Position numbers and translations under genes: made by a program
IMG/VR virus record: IMGVR_UViG_3300050821_004478
Direction: 5' to 3' (one strand)
Length of the DNA: 64,000 nucleotides
Origin: a virus
In this document: piece by piece, positions 42,963-50,968 of the stretch
Layout: each line of letters starts with the position of its first letter
Position numbering within the stretch: position 1 is the stretch's first letter
Notes under the pieces: generated by a model
Told to the model about the DNA's origin: nothing
Database searches by the model: none
The model's input: only the letters and a program-made list of their open reading frames with translations

Positions 42963-43232
42963 TTACATCGTGAATGTTCCGGTCGGCAACTGCGTAGGCT
43001 GAACCGGAGGCGGTGGTGAATTTATGATAGACTGAGCCAACATAACAGGAGCAACCAAATTATTGACTGCGGGTTGTCCACCAGTACTGAATGCTGCCGT
43101 TATAGCGCTCAACCAGAATGTGACCGTAACCGAAATTCCATCTACGGTTCCGACAACGGTTACTGATGGGTCCGGGAAACCTGGAAGATTCGGAGTGTAA
43201 GATGAACTGCTTACTACGTATACATGGCTCAT
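42963..43232 (-). CDS. small hypothetical structural-module protein (89 aa)
   Basis: TAATG overlap with the upstream stop. Confidence 0.45.
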   Translation of the reverse strand: MSHVYVVSSSSYTPNLPGFPDPSVTVVGTVDGISVTVTFWLSAITAAFSTGGQPAVNNLVAPVMLAQSIINSPPPPVQPTQLPTGTFTM

Positions 43233-44014
43233 TAGTATTCATATCCGATAAGACAAAAGGTTACACCCGCACCTGTGGTTGTAGAACCAACGACTGTGGA
43301 CGACGCTATATGACTTATCGCAATCTGATTGCCTCCAGCAACTTCTAGTCCGTCCGGGAAATCCAGGCACACTGGTTCTGCGGTAAAACTTTGATTATTT
43401 GCTCCCGGAGAAAGAGCATTGATAATAACAGGTGAGGCTACAGTTATTCCGGAGGCGGCTACTCGTACTCTAGCACGCGTTGCAATCTGCGTGTTATTAG
43501 CCGGAATTCCGGCAAGAGTAAGTTGCTGTATACGTAAAGTCTTGCCTGCCGTCACCGTGTAGGAAGTAGCAGTTGCCTGTGCAACATTTCCTTTAGTAAT
43601 ATTCAACGTTGCCAGTGCTTCCGTTGTAATAGCAGAAATGGAGTCAACATATAAAGTGACTTGGGTACGACCCGAATCCTTTACTTCTCGAACCGCCATT
43701 GCCTGGGCGGGGGAGGCAGATATTGATGCACCGCTGTTGTACGCGAGATCGAATTGAAAGACTCCGGAAACGCCATTTCCAAGAGCGGAAGTTAAAGTTA
43801 TGGTGATATTTCCGTTAGCGTCGACCGTCGCTGACGTAACAGGAACCGGAGGATTGTTTGCAAAAACAGATGAAGGGGGCACGCCTGCCGCAGCAAATGG
43901 ATTTGCAGGACTGCCGCCAACCTGATACAGGTTGACTAGCGCAAATGTAAAGACGGTTGCAACTCCGTCACCTTGTAAAACAACTGAAACAGGAATTACT
44001 TGCTGGATTGCCAT
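43232..44014 (-). CDS. tail fiber/spike protein sharing its N-terminal domain with 44024..45529
   Basis: MAIQQVIPVSVVLQGDGVATVFTF ... VDANGNITITLTS. Confidence 0.55.
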   Translation of the reverse strand: MAIQQVIPVSVVLQGDGVATVFTFALVNLYQVGGSPANPFAAAGVPPSSVFANNPPVPVTSATVDANGNITITLTSALGNGVSGVFQFDLAYNSGASISASPAQAMAVREVKDSGRTQVTLYVDSISAITTEALATLNITKGNVAQATATSYTVTAGKTLRIQQLTLAGIPANNTQIATRARVRVAASGITVASPVIINALSPGANNQSFTAEPVCLDFPDGLEVAGGNQIAISHIASSTVVGSTTTGAGVTFCLIGYEY

Positions 44015-44023
44015 TTTTATTCC

Positions 44024-45529
44024 TTAACGAAGTTCTTCCCAAGTAAATGCTGCGCTGGCTGAAGTGGCTCCAGACGGCACGGTTGTCACAACAACACTGA
44101 TGATATCTTGAACTGTGCCAGTGATGTCCAATGTAAACGGATATCGACAAACCGGGTTGATCTGAGCAATTTCGTCGGTGGATGCATAACCTGTTTTGTA
44201 GATTGTTCCACCCGCTATCGAGGTAGCACTGGTGTCTTTTTCTACGGCGCTGTTCGAGTCCACGGAAGAAAACGCAGACCCGGTCAAGACACCGTTGTAC
44301 ACCAACTCGTATTCCAAATCTTTCTGGTTCGACAAGATAACCAAGTCGGATAAGAAAATTCTGGTTCTGTTGGTCTGACCGGCGAATAGCAACTTCGGAC
44401 GAATACTCAAGATGGGACGACGGGTAGTTACCGAAGTAACTGTTGCTCCTGTTGACGCGCCGAAGTTTAGTAGCAAAGGTTTTTCTTGTCCACCTTCGCT
44501 AACGACTGAGATACAGATAACCTTCATCGTATCCGCAGACACAGGAACTCCGGTATTTGTTATCTCTGCACGAACCGGTAGGCAGGCCGTGTTCATGTAA
44601 GGGCCAACCAAAGAGTTTGACAACGGCATAGAGTGTATAAACGTGTACACGCCGTTTATGAAGAAACCAAATCTTACCCTTCCTGCACCAAGCCACTGAA
44701 AGTCGATGACGAATACCTGGGACTTAGAGAAGTCTACCGTAACGCCAGAAGAGCCGGTGCCATCAACCTTATCGATGTTCCAACTTGCCTGAGGCACTCT
44801 TGTTTCTACGATAGAGCCGGATGCGTTGCTACGCAGAACCAGAGCTACTCCGGTTGCACCACTCATCTCGAAGAAGATTCCATTGTTGGCGTCAAAGTAG
44901 CCTAGTCGCTGTCTCGCATTAGTTAGCGCAGAATTTAACACAGCGCTTATCAAAATCAATTGAGACTTTCCCGGCTCGTATGCGAAGTATTCCTTAGTCT
45001 GAGCGATGGCCTGCGCATTCGCTACGGTACCACCCGTGCTAAGCGTTAGAGAAGATTCATTTGTAGTCTTGACAGTGCTGCCCGTTCCAACGTTTGCAAA
45101 TTGCATAAACAACGGTTGGGTATCATACTGATACAAAAGTTGGAAGATGGTCGTAGGGTCCGCAACACGCATACGGCCAAAGGCGTCCGCGCTGCCCGCG
45201 CCTGGGGCAATGGTGGTAACTTTCAAAGCACTGTCGGATACCAAGATCGGATATGAACCGAGTAACAATCTCACTTCAAATGCTTTCGCTACGCCGGAAG
45301 CTATCGCAGAAACCGTTGTTATAGTAACATTACCGAAGGTATCCACTGATACGCTTGCCGGAACCGGAGGGCTAATCAGTTGCGCAGCTACCGGAATAAT
45401 ATTTGCGCCCAACGAAGAGGTATGGCTTAAGTTGTCCACTGGCGAACGAGTCGGTGGAAATGTGAAGGCCAGTGATACACCGTCACCAACCAGAACGATA
45501 GTCAATGGGACTGCTTGCTGTATAGACAT
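44024..45529 (-). CDS. tail fiber/spike protein (shared N-terminal anchor, distinct C-terminal domain)
   Basis: MSIQQAVPLTIVLVGDGVSLAFTF ... VDTFGNVTITTVS. Confidence 0.55.
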   Translation of the reverse strand: MSIQQAVPLTIVLVGDGVSLAFTFPPTRSPVDNLSHTSSLGANIIPVAAQLISPPVPASVSVDTFGNVTITTVSAIASGVAKAFEVRLLLGSYPILVSDSALKVTTIAPGAGSADAFGRMRVADPTTIFQLLYQYDTQPLFMQFANVGTGSTVKTTNESSLTLSTGGTVANAQAIAQTKEYFAYEPGKSQLILISAVLNSALTNARQRLGYFDANNGIFFEMSGATGVALVLRSNASGSIVETRVPQASWNIDKVDGTGSSGVTVDFSKSQVFVIDFQWLGAGRVRFGFFINGVYTFIHSMPLSNSLVGPYMNTACLPVRAEITNTGVPVSADTMKVICISVVSEGGQEKPLLLNFGASTGATVTSVTTRRPILSIRPKLLFAGQTNRTRIFLSDLVILSNQKDLEYELVYNGVLTGSAFSSVDSNSAVEKDTSATSIAGGTIYKTGYASTDEIAQINPVCRYPFTLDITGTVQDIISVVVTTVPSGATSASAAFTWEELR

Positions 45530-45530
45530 T

Positions 45531-47261
45531 TTATTCCTCGGTCCCGCAGACCGTGATTCTCACGTTTCCTGTTGCTAGGGCCGCGCTTAGATTGATGTTA
45601 AGAACGTTGTTGGCTAGAGCACTTAAGAATCCATTTCCAATGTCAATCCATCCGGACGTATATCCGCCTAAAACAGTTGTAACCGCAGTTGTTGGAACAA
45701 AGGCATCAAAGGATAGACCTAACGCTGAAGAAGCATCCTGAAAGTTAAAGGTTATTACTCCTCCGGAAACCTGAGACGAGTTACTGGTTACGTCGATGAT
45801 GAATCGCATCAAGCGAAACTTCTTACCTGATGTCGGAGTCCAGACGGCTGTGTTGCCGGATGCAGTTGCTTGAGCGGTTTTGAAAATGTTTGGAGTTCGA
45901 ATAAAAACTGTTGCTGATTGTGTTGCGCTTGTAACAGCCATTTGGGCAGTAGCAACAGCGCCTGTAGCATTAGAACCAGGGCCTGAAAAACCTCTTATAG
46001 CCGTTGCATCTCCGGGGAACCCATCCGAAGAAAGAGTAATTTGATTCGCGCCCATACCGCTGCCTAAATTGGTTAGAGCGTTAACGAGTGCCGCTGTACC
46101 TGCAACAGTCTTACCTCCTACTATTACCGGGTTGGGGGCTGTAGTTAAGTACGCGCCTGCGGGAGCGACTGTTCCTTGTACGGTTAACTGTCCACCTATG
46201 ACTTGAAGAATCGACTGAAGACGAAAAGTTGTTTGTAGCACTGCGGTATTCGTATAAACAATTCTATAGAAGGCTCCGAGAACAGGAACAGTAATCTGAA
46301 ATGCACCGCCGCCATAAGTAATTGTTTGTACAATATCCCAATTTGTACCATCTTGGGACTGCTGAATTGAAACACCACCCGCAGCAGAACCGCCACTTGC
46401 AAAAATTTGAATACAAATAGACTGATACGGAAGTACAGATTCGGATGTTCCTGTAAATACTCCGTTGCCAGCCAACGGTGTAGTGGTAGAATTTGCAGTA
46501 GATATGAAACTGTTCAACTGCATCTTCTCGCGCTGATTGCCTGCAAGATCAACAGAGAGTGCTACCTGGTCGCCTTCCGTCCATACCGGGGCCGCAGCAT
46601 TAGCTATTGCAGGAAGGGTTCCAACATTCGTAGCACCTGGGGCTGCGTTGTTGTTTGTCTTGTTACCTGCGACGGTCTGCGTGCCGCTTGGCGTAATTGT
46701 AACAGTTCCGCTAACGGGTATCGCAGTGCCGCCGCCGACACCTTGAACAGTTACAACGCCAACAGATGGAACTCCTGCTGTACCGTCGAGAATTGCACCG
46801 GCATTACCGAGAATATCTACCTTACCGATGGTATTTGCGCCAGTCGGGAGAGCATTCGTAATCGCAGTCACAGCGGTGATTGTTCCGCTATCTACTACGG
46901 TGTGAAGATTAGTTCCTGTTGGCTGAACGACCGTAACAGTAGATAATTCACCGGACACGATAGCAACGCTAAGAGGATTTCCCGCCGTTCCGAACGCATT
47001 TGTTCCATCTGAAAGTTCAACCGGAAGCGGATTACTTAGTGCGGGAGGGCTGCCGTTCACGTCTGCAATGTTGACGTTAGTAGGAGCGCCGCCACCGCCA
47101 GAGTTGACCGCAACGTTAACAAGTAGATTTCCGTGTGCGTCTGTTTGAAGGGGTGTACCCTGGCCGTCTACAAGAGTTTCTCCCGCAGCATTGTATACGC
47201 CGCCGACTATCTCGGCTGTCGTAGGCTGCGAACTGTTAGGACCACTCTTAGGAGGTGCCAT
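45531..47261 (-). CDS. tail fiber-like protein
   Basis: 576 aa; G/T/N/A/V-rich with repeated NPLPV / NPLSV-type fiber motifs. Confidence 0.55.
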   Translation of the reverse strand: MAPPKSGPNSSQPTTAEIVGGVYNAAGETLVDGQGTPLQTDAHGNLLVNVAVNSGGGGAPTNVNIADVNGSPPALSNPLPVELSDGTNAFGTAGNPLSVAIVSGELSTVTVVQPTGTNLHTVVDSGTITAVTAITNALPTGANTIGKVDILGNAGAILDGTAGVPSVGVVTVQGVGGGTAIPVSGTVTITPSGTQTVAGNKTNNNAAPGATNVGTLPAIANAAAPVWTEGDQVALSVDLAGNQREKMQLNSFISTANSTTTPLAGNGVFTGTSESVLPYQSICIQIFASGGSAAGGVSIQQSQDGTNWDIVQTITYGGGAFQITVPVLGAFYRIVYTNTAVLQTTFRLQSILQVIGGQLTVQGTVAPAGAYLTTAPNPVIVGGKTVAGTAALVNALTNLGSGMGANQITLSSDGFPGDATAIRGFSGPGSNATGAVATAQMAVTSATQSATVFIRTPNIFKTAQATASGNTAVWTPTSGKKFRLMRFIIDVTSNSSQVSGGVITFNFQDASSALGLSFDAFVPTTAVTTVLGGYTSGWIDIGNGFLSALANNVLNINLSAALATGNVRITVCGTEE

Positions 47262-47368
47262 AATTAAAATCCTCGCGCAGGAGAGGGCGCGTTAAAGTGT
47301 GGGGGGATGCAGCCGGGGGTGGATGCTTGGGAGGTTTTTGAGCTAGCTACTGTCGTCATTCTCTTCCT

Positions 47369-47399
47369 GAAAAGAAAGTGGGGCGAAATCCGTCGCCCC
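47369..47399 (-). terminator. rho-independent terminator
   Basis: On the minus strand, GGGGCGA-n6-UCGCCCC is followed by ACUUUCUUUUC. Confidence 0.7.
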
Positions 47400-47419
47400 T
47401 CGGTACACGCCTGCGAAGA

Positions 47420-47983
47420 TTAAATCTGTAGATTCGGGGTCTCGGCCAATGCCTTACCAGTCTTAGTGCTCTCTGCTGATATGTGCGCGCCACCGAAACG
47501 CTCTGATGACGATGCCTTGTTGCTGGAGTCTTCGGCCATCTCTTGCGCTCTGCGCCAGCCGATGCCGGTCCAGTTCGGAATCTTGCTTCCGTTACGGGTC
47601 AAATATTCGTCGGTGTCGCCTGGGAGCCAACGCGCGCCACATAACGTACACTTGATGACGATCTTACCATCTGTAAAGGTGTGGGGATAAACTGACGGGT
47701 CGCGTTGCTGGCCTCGCGTGCGTCCCTTACCGCCTTTCAAATGCTTGCAATTCTTTTGATTCTCGATCTTCGCGATGGTGTAGTTCTCCGACTCTACGCG
47801 ACGTTGCTTGTCGCGAGCCTGGAGCGCCACTTCCAACGCGGCTTCCTTCTCCGCGATGCGGGCTTCCTTCGCCATCATGATGCTGAGCAAGGCCATGAAC
47901 TTCGACTCGGAAAGATTCCCGGTTGCCTGGGCCTCGCGCAGAACTGCGTTTACATCAACTTCTGTTTTCTTTACGTCTGTCAT
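47420..47983 (-). CDS. hypothetical protein (187 aa)
   Basis: Start chosen at ATG 47983 after AAGGTG; the ORF stays open to 48016. Confidence 0.5.
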   Translation of the reverse strand: MTDVKKTEVDVNAVLREAQATGNLSESKFMALLSIMMAKEARIAEKEAALEVALQARDKQRRVESENYTIAKIENQKNCKHLKGGKGRTRGQQRDPSVYPHTFTDGKIVIKCTLCGARWLPGDTDEYLTRNGSKIPNWTGIGWRRAQEMAEDSSNKASSSERFGGAHISAESTKTGKALAETPNLQI

Positions 47984-48080
47984 TTTACACCTTTGAGGTT
48001 GGCAAAACATCTTCAACCGCCCTGTACAGGCCCGGGGTCAGGCAGATTGTGTCAAGTTTTATTGCTAAAAAACTTGACAT

Positions 48081-48767
48081 CTATTGTCCGAGAACTTCCT
48101 GATCTTCAAGGCTAGAGTAACATTTGCCGTTACGCTTTTCCCAAAGAGAGCGGAAATATCTTGCGGAGATTGCATTGGGTGATGGTACCCCAAAAATTTT
48201 GTGGCACTGTACTTCTGTGATGATCTCTTTCTCGACAAGTTGGATTGCTACCGTGCGCCAACCGCGCGACTCTTCCCCATCGGGAATGCCGTGGCTGTCT
48301 AGTTTCAGTACGCTCCACTCCCACATTGAGGGAACATCCATGAAACAGACTGCGCGTAATTTCTTAGATTGACCTGGGGGAGAACACCATAGTCCAACGG
48401 TCGGGATTCCGCCGCGCCCTATCCAGCCAACGTCTGTGATAACGGTCTTCAACCCGTTCGCGTGCAACTTGTCGACGAAATTTCGGGTACTGATCTTGTT
48501 GATCTGGCGGGCCGCTTTGTTAGTCAGGTCTTCCTGATCGTCCCACTTGTAGGCCGCTGCCATTCGGTTCGAGATGTCTTTCTCGGCGGCGAACGATTCC
48601 TTCACGAACGACTTGTAGTCGTTGGGCCACTTGACCCAATTCGGAGTGCCGTCCGCCAACATCTGGCGAATGGCTTGATGCGTCGCATCTACATCGTGGT
48701 GCTCATTGAATGGATTCTCAACGTCGGGGCCTTTGATGAAAGGCTGGTCCGGAGTTTGGATGGTCAT
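48081..48767 (-). CDS. hypothetical protein (228 aa)
   Basis: Long ORF immediately after the GIY-YIG gene. Confidence 0.55.
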   Translation of the reverse strand: MTIQTPDQPFIKGPDVENPFNEHHDVDATHQAIRQMLADGTPNWVKWPNDYKSFVKESFAAEKDISNRMAAAYKWDDQEDLTNKAARQINKISTRNFVDKLHANGLKTVITDVGWIGRGGIPTVGLWCSPPGQSKKLRAVCFMDVPSMWEWSVLKLDSHGIPDGEESRGWRTVAIQLVEKEIITEVQCHKIFGVPSPNAISARYFRSLWEKRNGKCYSSLEDQEVLGQ

Positions 48768-48781
48768 TGGTATTGTCCTTT

Positions 48782-49378
48782 TTATTGTGCTGCTCGACGA
48801 CGCTGCTGTGATGCTCTCATCTTCTGCTTCGTTTCTTCTGATGCCTTCTTGCCTTTGTGGGAATCGGACATTCGCTGGCGCGCTTCGTCAGTACGTTTTG
48901 CGCCGACATGAACGGCCATCAGTTTCTGAAAATTGTCTTCGGACATCTTCCTACCGAGAGCGTATTTGTTACCCATGCTACGCTGAGATAACTTCTGTCG
49001 ATGGCTCTCTGGCATCACCAGTCCGATACGAGACGCGGACATCTTGGCGCGGGTTTCTTTGCTCATCTTAACTCCCAGAGAGCCGTTCCCGCCGTGCGTA
49101 ATGTTATACCCCTTCTTGGGGTCCGTGGTGTCCCATGATTTAATCAAGCCAATTTCGTACAGGTCCATCTCTTGCTTTGTTCCGACAATAACAAGAGGCT
49201 TCACCTCAAATCCGTCAGCGCCGTACTTTCGAATCGCGCGATAGAGAAGGCGCTTACCTTGATAGCCCGTTTCGGCTAACCAAACATTCCTGCGCCAATA
49301 GGACTCCAAATCTATACCGGCGTGTTGTCCAACGTATTTCTTGCCGTTCTTCTTGTTTGTAATCAAATAGACTATCAT
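48782..49378 (-). CDS. GIY-YIG homing endonuclease (I-TevI/Seg-like) with NUMOD3-like repeats
   Basis: VYLITNKKNGKKYVGQ, RRNVW, YGADGF, EIGLI and GYNITHGG, then repeated S.E.R.KMS motifs. Confidence 0.9.
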   Translation of the reverse strand: MIVYLITNKKNGKKYVGQHAGIDLESYWRRNVWLAETGYQGKRLLYRAIRKYGADGFEVKPLVIVGTKQEMDLYEIGLIKSWDTTDPKKGYNITHGGNGSLGVKMSKETRAKMSASRIGLVMPESHRQKLSQRSMGNKYALGRKMSEDNFQKLMAVHVGAKRTDEARQRMSDSHKGKKASEETKQKMRASQQRRRAAQ

Positions 49379-49380
49379 TT

Positions 49381-49433
49381 ACTCTCCATGAAAGAGTGAT
49401 TGAGGGGTGTGTTCATGGCACACCCCATCAATC
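49381..49433 (-). promoter_or_regulatory. 5' leader with two hairpins; the second pairs with the Shine-Dalgarno sequence
   Basis: On the minus strand, a 15-bp stem GAUUGAUGGGGUGUG/CACACCCCUCAAUC, then ACUCU-uucaugg-AGAGU overlapping GGAGAG. Confidence 0.6.
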
Positions 49434-49436
49434 TTA

Positions 49437-49465
49437 ACCTTAACGCGCGTTGCAACGCTTGTCAA
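49437..49465 (-). promoter_or_regulatory. sigma-70-like promoter (TTGACA-17-TAAGGT) for the GIY-YIG gene
   Basis: Homologous to the promoter at 55504..55532. Confidence 0.55.
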
Positions 49466-49501
49466 GGGAAAAGTTTTCACTCGTTACTGAATAGCAGGCC
49501 A

Positions 49502-49699
49502 CTTGTTACCGCTTTCGCGGGGCCGGTCATTTCTGCCGACCTCTTACAGTTTTGTTTCCTGTAAGAGCAGACTATCGCATCGCCCCGAAGGGCGTTCGCT
49601 CGCTTAGTCGTTCACGGTGCCTTTCGGCTTCCGCCTTGTTAGCATTTCAGCTTCCAAGTCAATCAGAGCAAATTATCTACTAGCAGATTACGCTGCTAG
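49502..49699 (-). ncRNA. structured RNA element, copy 1 (unclassified)
   Basis: At least 7 helices. Two GAAA loops and one UUCG tetraloop appear only when read on the minus strand. Paralogous to 49802..50006 with compensatory changes. Confidence 0.6.
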
Positions 49700-49801
49700 G
49701 AGTCCATATTGAACGCTATCAATGTAACGAATACGCTGCGTGTTGACGCCAGTTGCGGGCGGCAAAGTCACGGTTTGGTGAAACTTGTAACTGCACCCAA
49801 T

Positions 49802-50006
49802 CTTGTTAACACTTTCGTGTACCGAATCATTTCTGTTCGGTTCATACGGTTTGTTTCCCGTATGTTCAGACTATTGCATCGACCTATTGTCAGAAGGTCG
49901 TTTTCTCGCTTAGTCGTTCACGGTGCCTTTCGGCTTCCGCCTCGTTGCCGTTTCAGGTTTCGAGTCAATCAGAGAAAATTTACTGTGGCCTATGCTGTTA
50001 AGCCAC
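49802..50006 (-). ncRNA. structured RNA element, copy 2 (unclassified); its first helix spans the capsid stop codon
   Basis: Same architecture as copy 1; a 37-nt core is identical between the copies. Confidence 0.6.
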
Positions 50007-50925
50007 CGATGGTAGATACGGGGTCGAAGCTCGATGCCGGTGCGTCTGTGACCACTCGACAATCGATTGTCTTCCAATCGCCGTCATCGAGGTCTGTGTC
50101 GCCCGGGACCTGAAGCCACACACCGATCATCGCGTAATTGCCGAAGACGTATGTGCGGTAGCCGATCTTGCCGGTGCCGCTGTAGTTAGCGGTGGTTGTG
50201 ACGAACGGAGTCTGCATGAAGCCGATGTTGGTGCCCGGTAGAACAATGACCTTGTTCTGGTCGCTGCCTGCCATCGCATCAAACTTCTCCATGTTCTCGT
50301 ACTTCCACAAATCCGCGATGCTGTTGTTCACAGTCGTGGCGTTGTAGATGTCGCCCAACACGTTGGGGCTGATTGCGCCTAGGAACATACCGCGCTTGCA
50401 AGGCAACACGTTCTTTGAAACAAGCTGCTGCTTCAATTCACGGATGGTGCCAAGGTCAAGCGTGAAAGGTGACGCCAGCAAGCTGCTCTGGTTAACCTGT
50501 GAGTCCACGCCGGACGCGCTGTCAGCAACTGCGCTGTACAGTTCGCTGATCGATTGCCCAGCTTGGTAGCCGAGTTCGACTGCGCTGTTGCCGACCAACT
50601 CGTCAATCGCCGCTGCAATCGCGAACGAAGAAAAGTTGGCATAGTTGTTCCACTCACCGATCTGAGCCGGTGAGCTAAGCTGGCTGATGACTTCCGGGTT
50701 GCCCACGGTGCCGTCAGAATTCTGGATGATGTCACCAGATAGCGTGTTGTACTGGAAAAACGTACGGTTCACGCCCATGTGGAGACCCTGCACGCGACGT
50801 TCAGCAGCGCCAACGAATGCGTTGGTGTTGCCCTTCAAGTTCGGGATGAGTTCCTTATCGAAGATGATCGCTTGCGCGGTTAATACGTTTGCTACGTTTG
50901 ACCCTGATGGGTTCGGACCACTCAT
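49990..50925 (-). CDS. major capsid protein candidate (HK97-fold type)
   Basis: 311 aa, immediately after the scaffold-like gene in a terminase-portal-scaffold-capsid order. Composition is typical of capsid proteins. Confidence 0.75.
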   Translation of the reverse strand: MSGPNPSGSNVANVLTAQAIIFDKELIPNLKGNTNAFVGAAERRVQGLHMGVNRTFFQYNTLSGDIIQNSDGTVGNPEVISQLSSPAQIGEWNNYANFSSFAIAAAIDELVGNSAVELGYQAGQSISELYSAVADSASGVDSQVNQSSLLASPFTLDLGTIRELKQQLVSKNVLPCKRGMFLGAISPNVLGDIYNATTVNNSIADLWKYENMEKFDAMAGSDQNKVIVLPGTNIGFMQTPFVTTTANYSGTGKIGYRTYVFGNYAMIGVWLQVPGDTDLDDGDWKTIDCRVVTDAPASSFDPVSTIGGLTA

Positions 50926-50968
50926 GGTAGTTCTCAGTCACAAGATCAGCGCGACGCGCTGGTCGACC

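Noticed and set aside
47262-47368. A shared C-rich motif (CCACC..GG...ATCCCC..CAC) with 61141..61186 as a phage-specific late promoter.
   Set aside because: Only two loosely similar instances exist, with variable spacing. That is not enough to call a motif by eye.
48050-48079. A promoter or terminator at the inverted repeat TGTCAAGTTTT-n8-AAAACTTGACA after the 228-aa gene.
   Set aside because: The TTGACA has no acceptable -10 at 16-18 nt. The AT-rich hairpin lacks a U tract on the transcribed strand. It is kept only as an unexplained inverted repeat.
49379-49989. A group I intron carrying the GIY-YIG gene and interrupting the capsid gene.
   Set aside because: The capsid ORF ends with a normal stop and has a plausible full length. 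The endonuclease has its own promoter and RBS. The structured region is two tandem paralogous units rather than one P1-P9 core, and I could not identify a P7/G-binding or splice-site arrangement.
49502-50006. A CRISPR-like or mini-array repeat.
   Set aside because: There are only two copies, each about 200 nt and internally multi-helical, with about 100 nt of spacing. No short direct repeats or cas genes are present.
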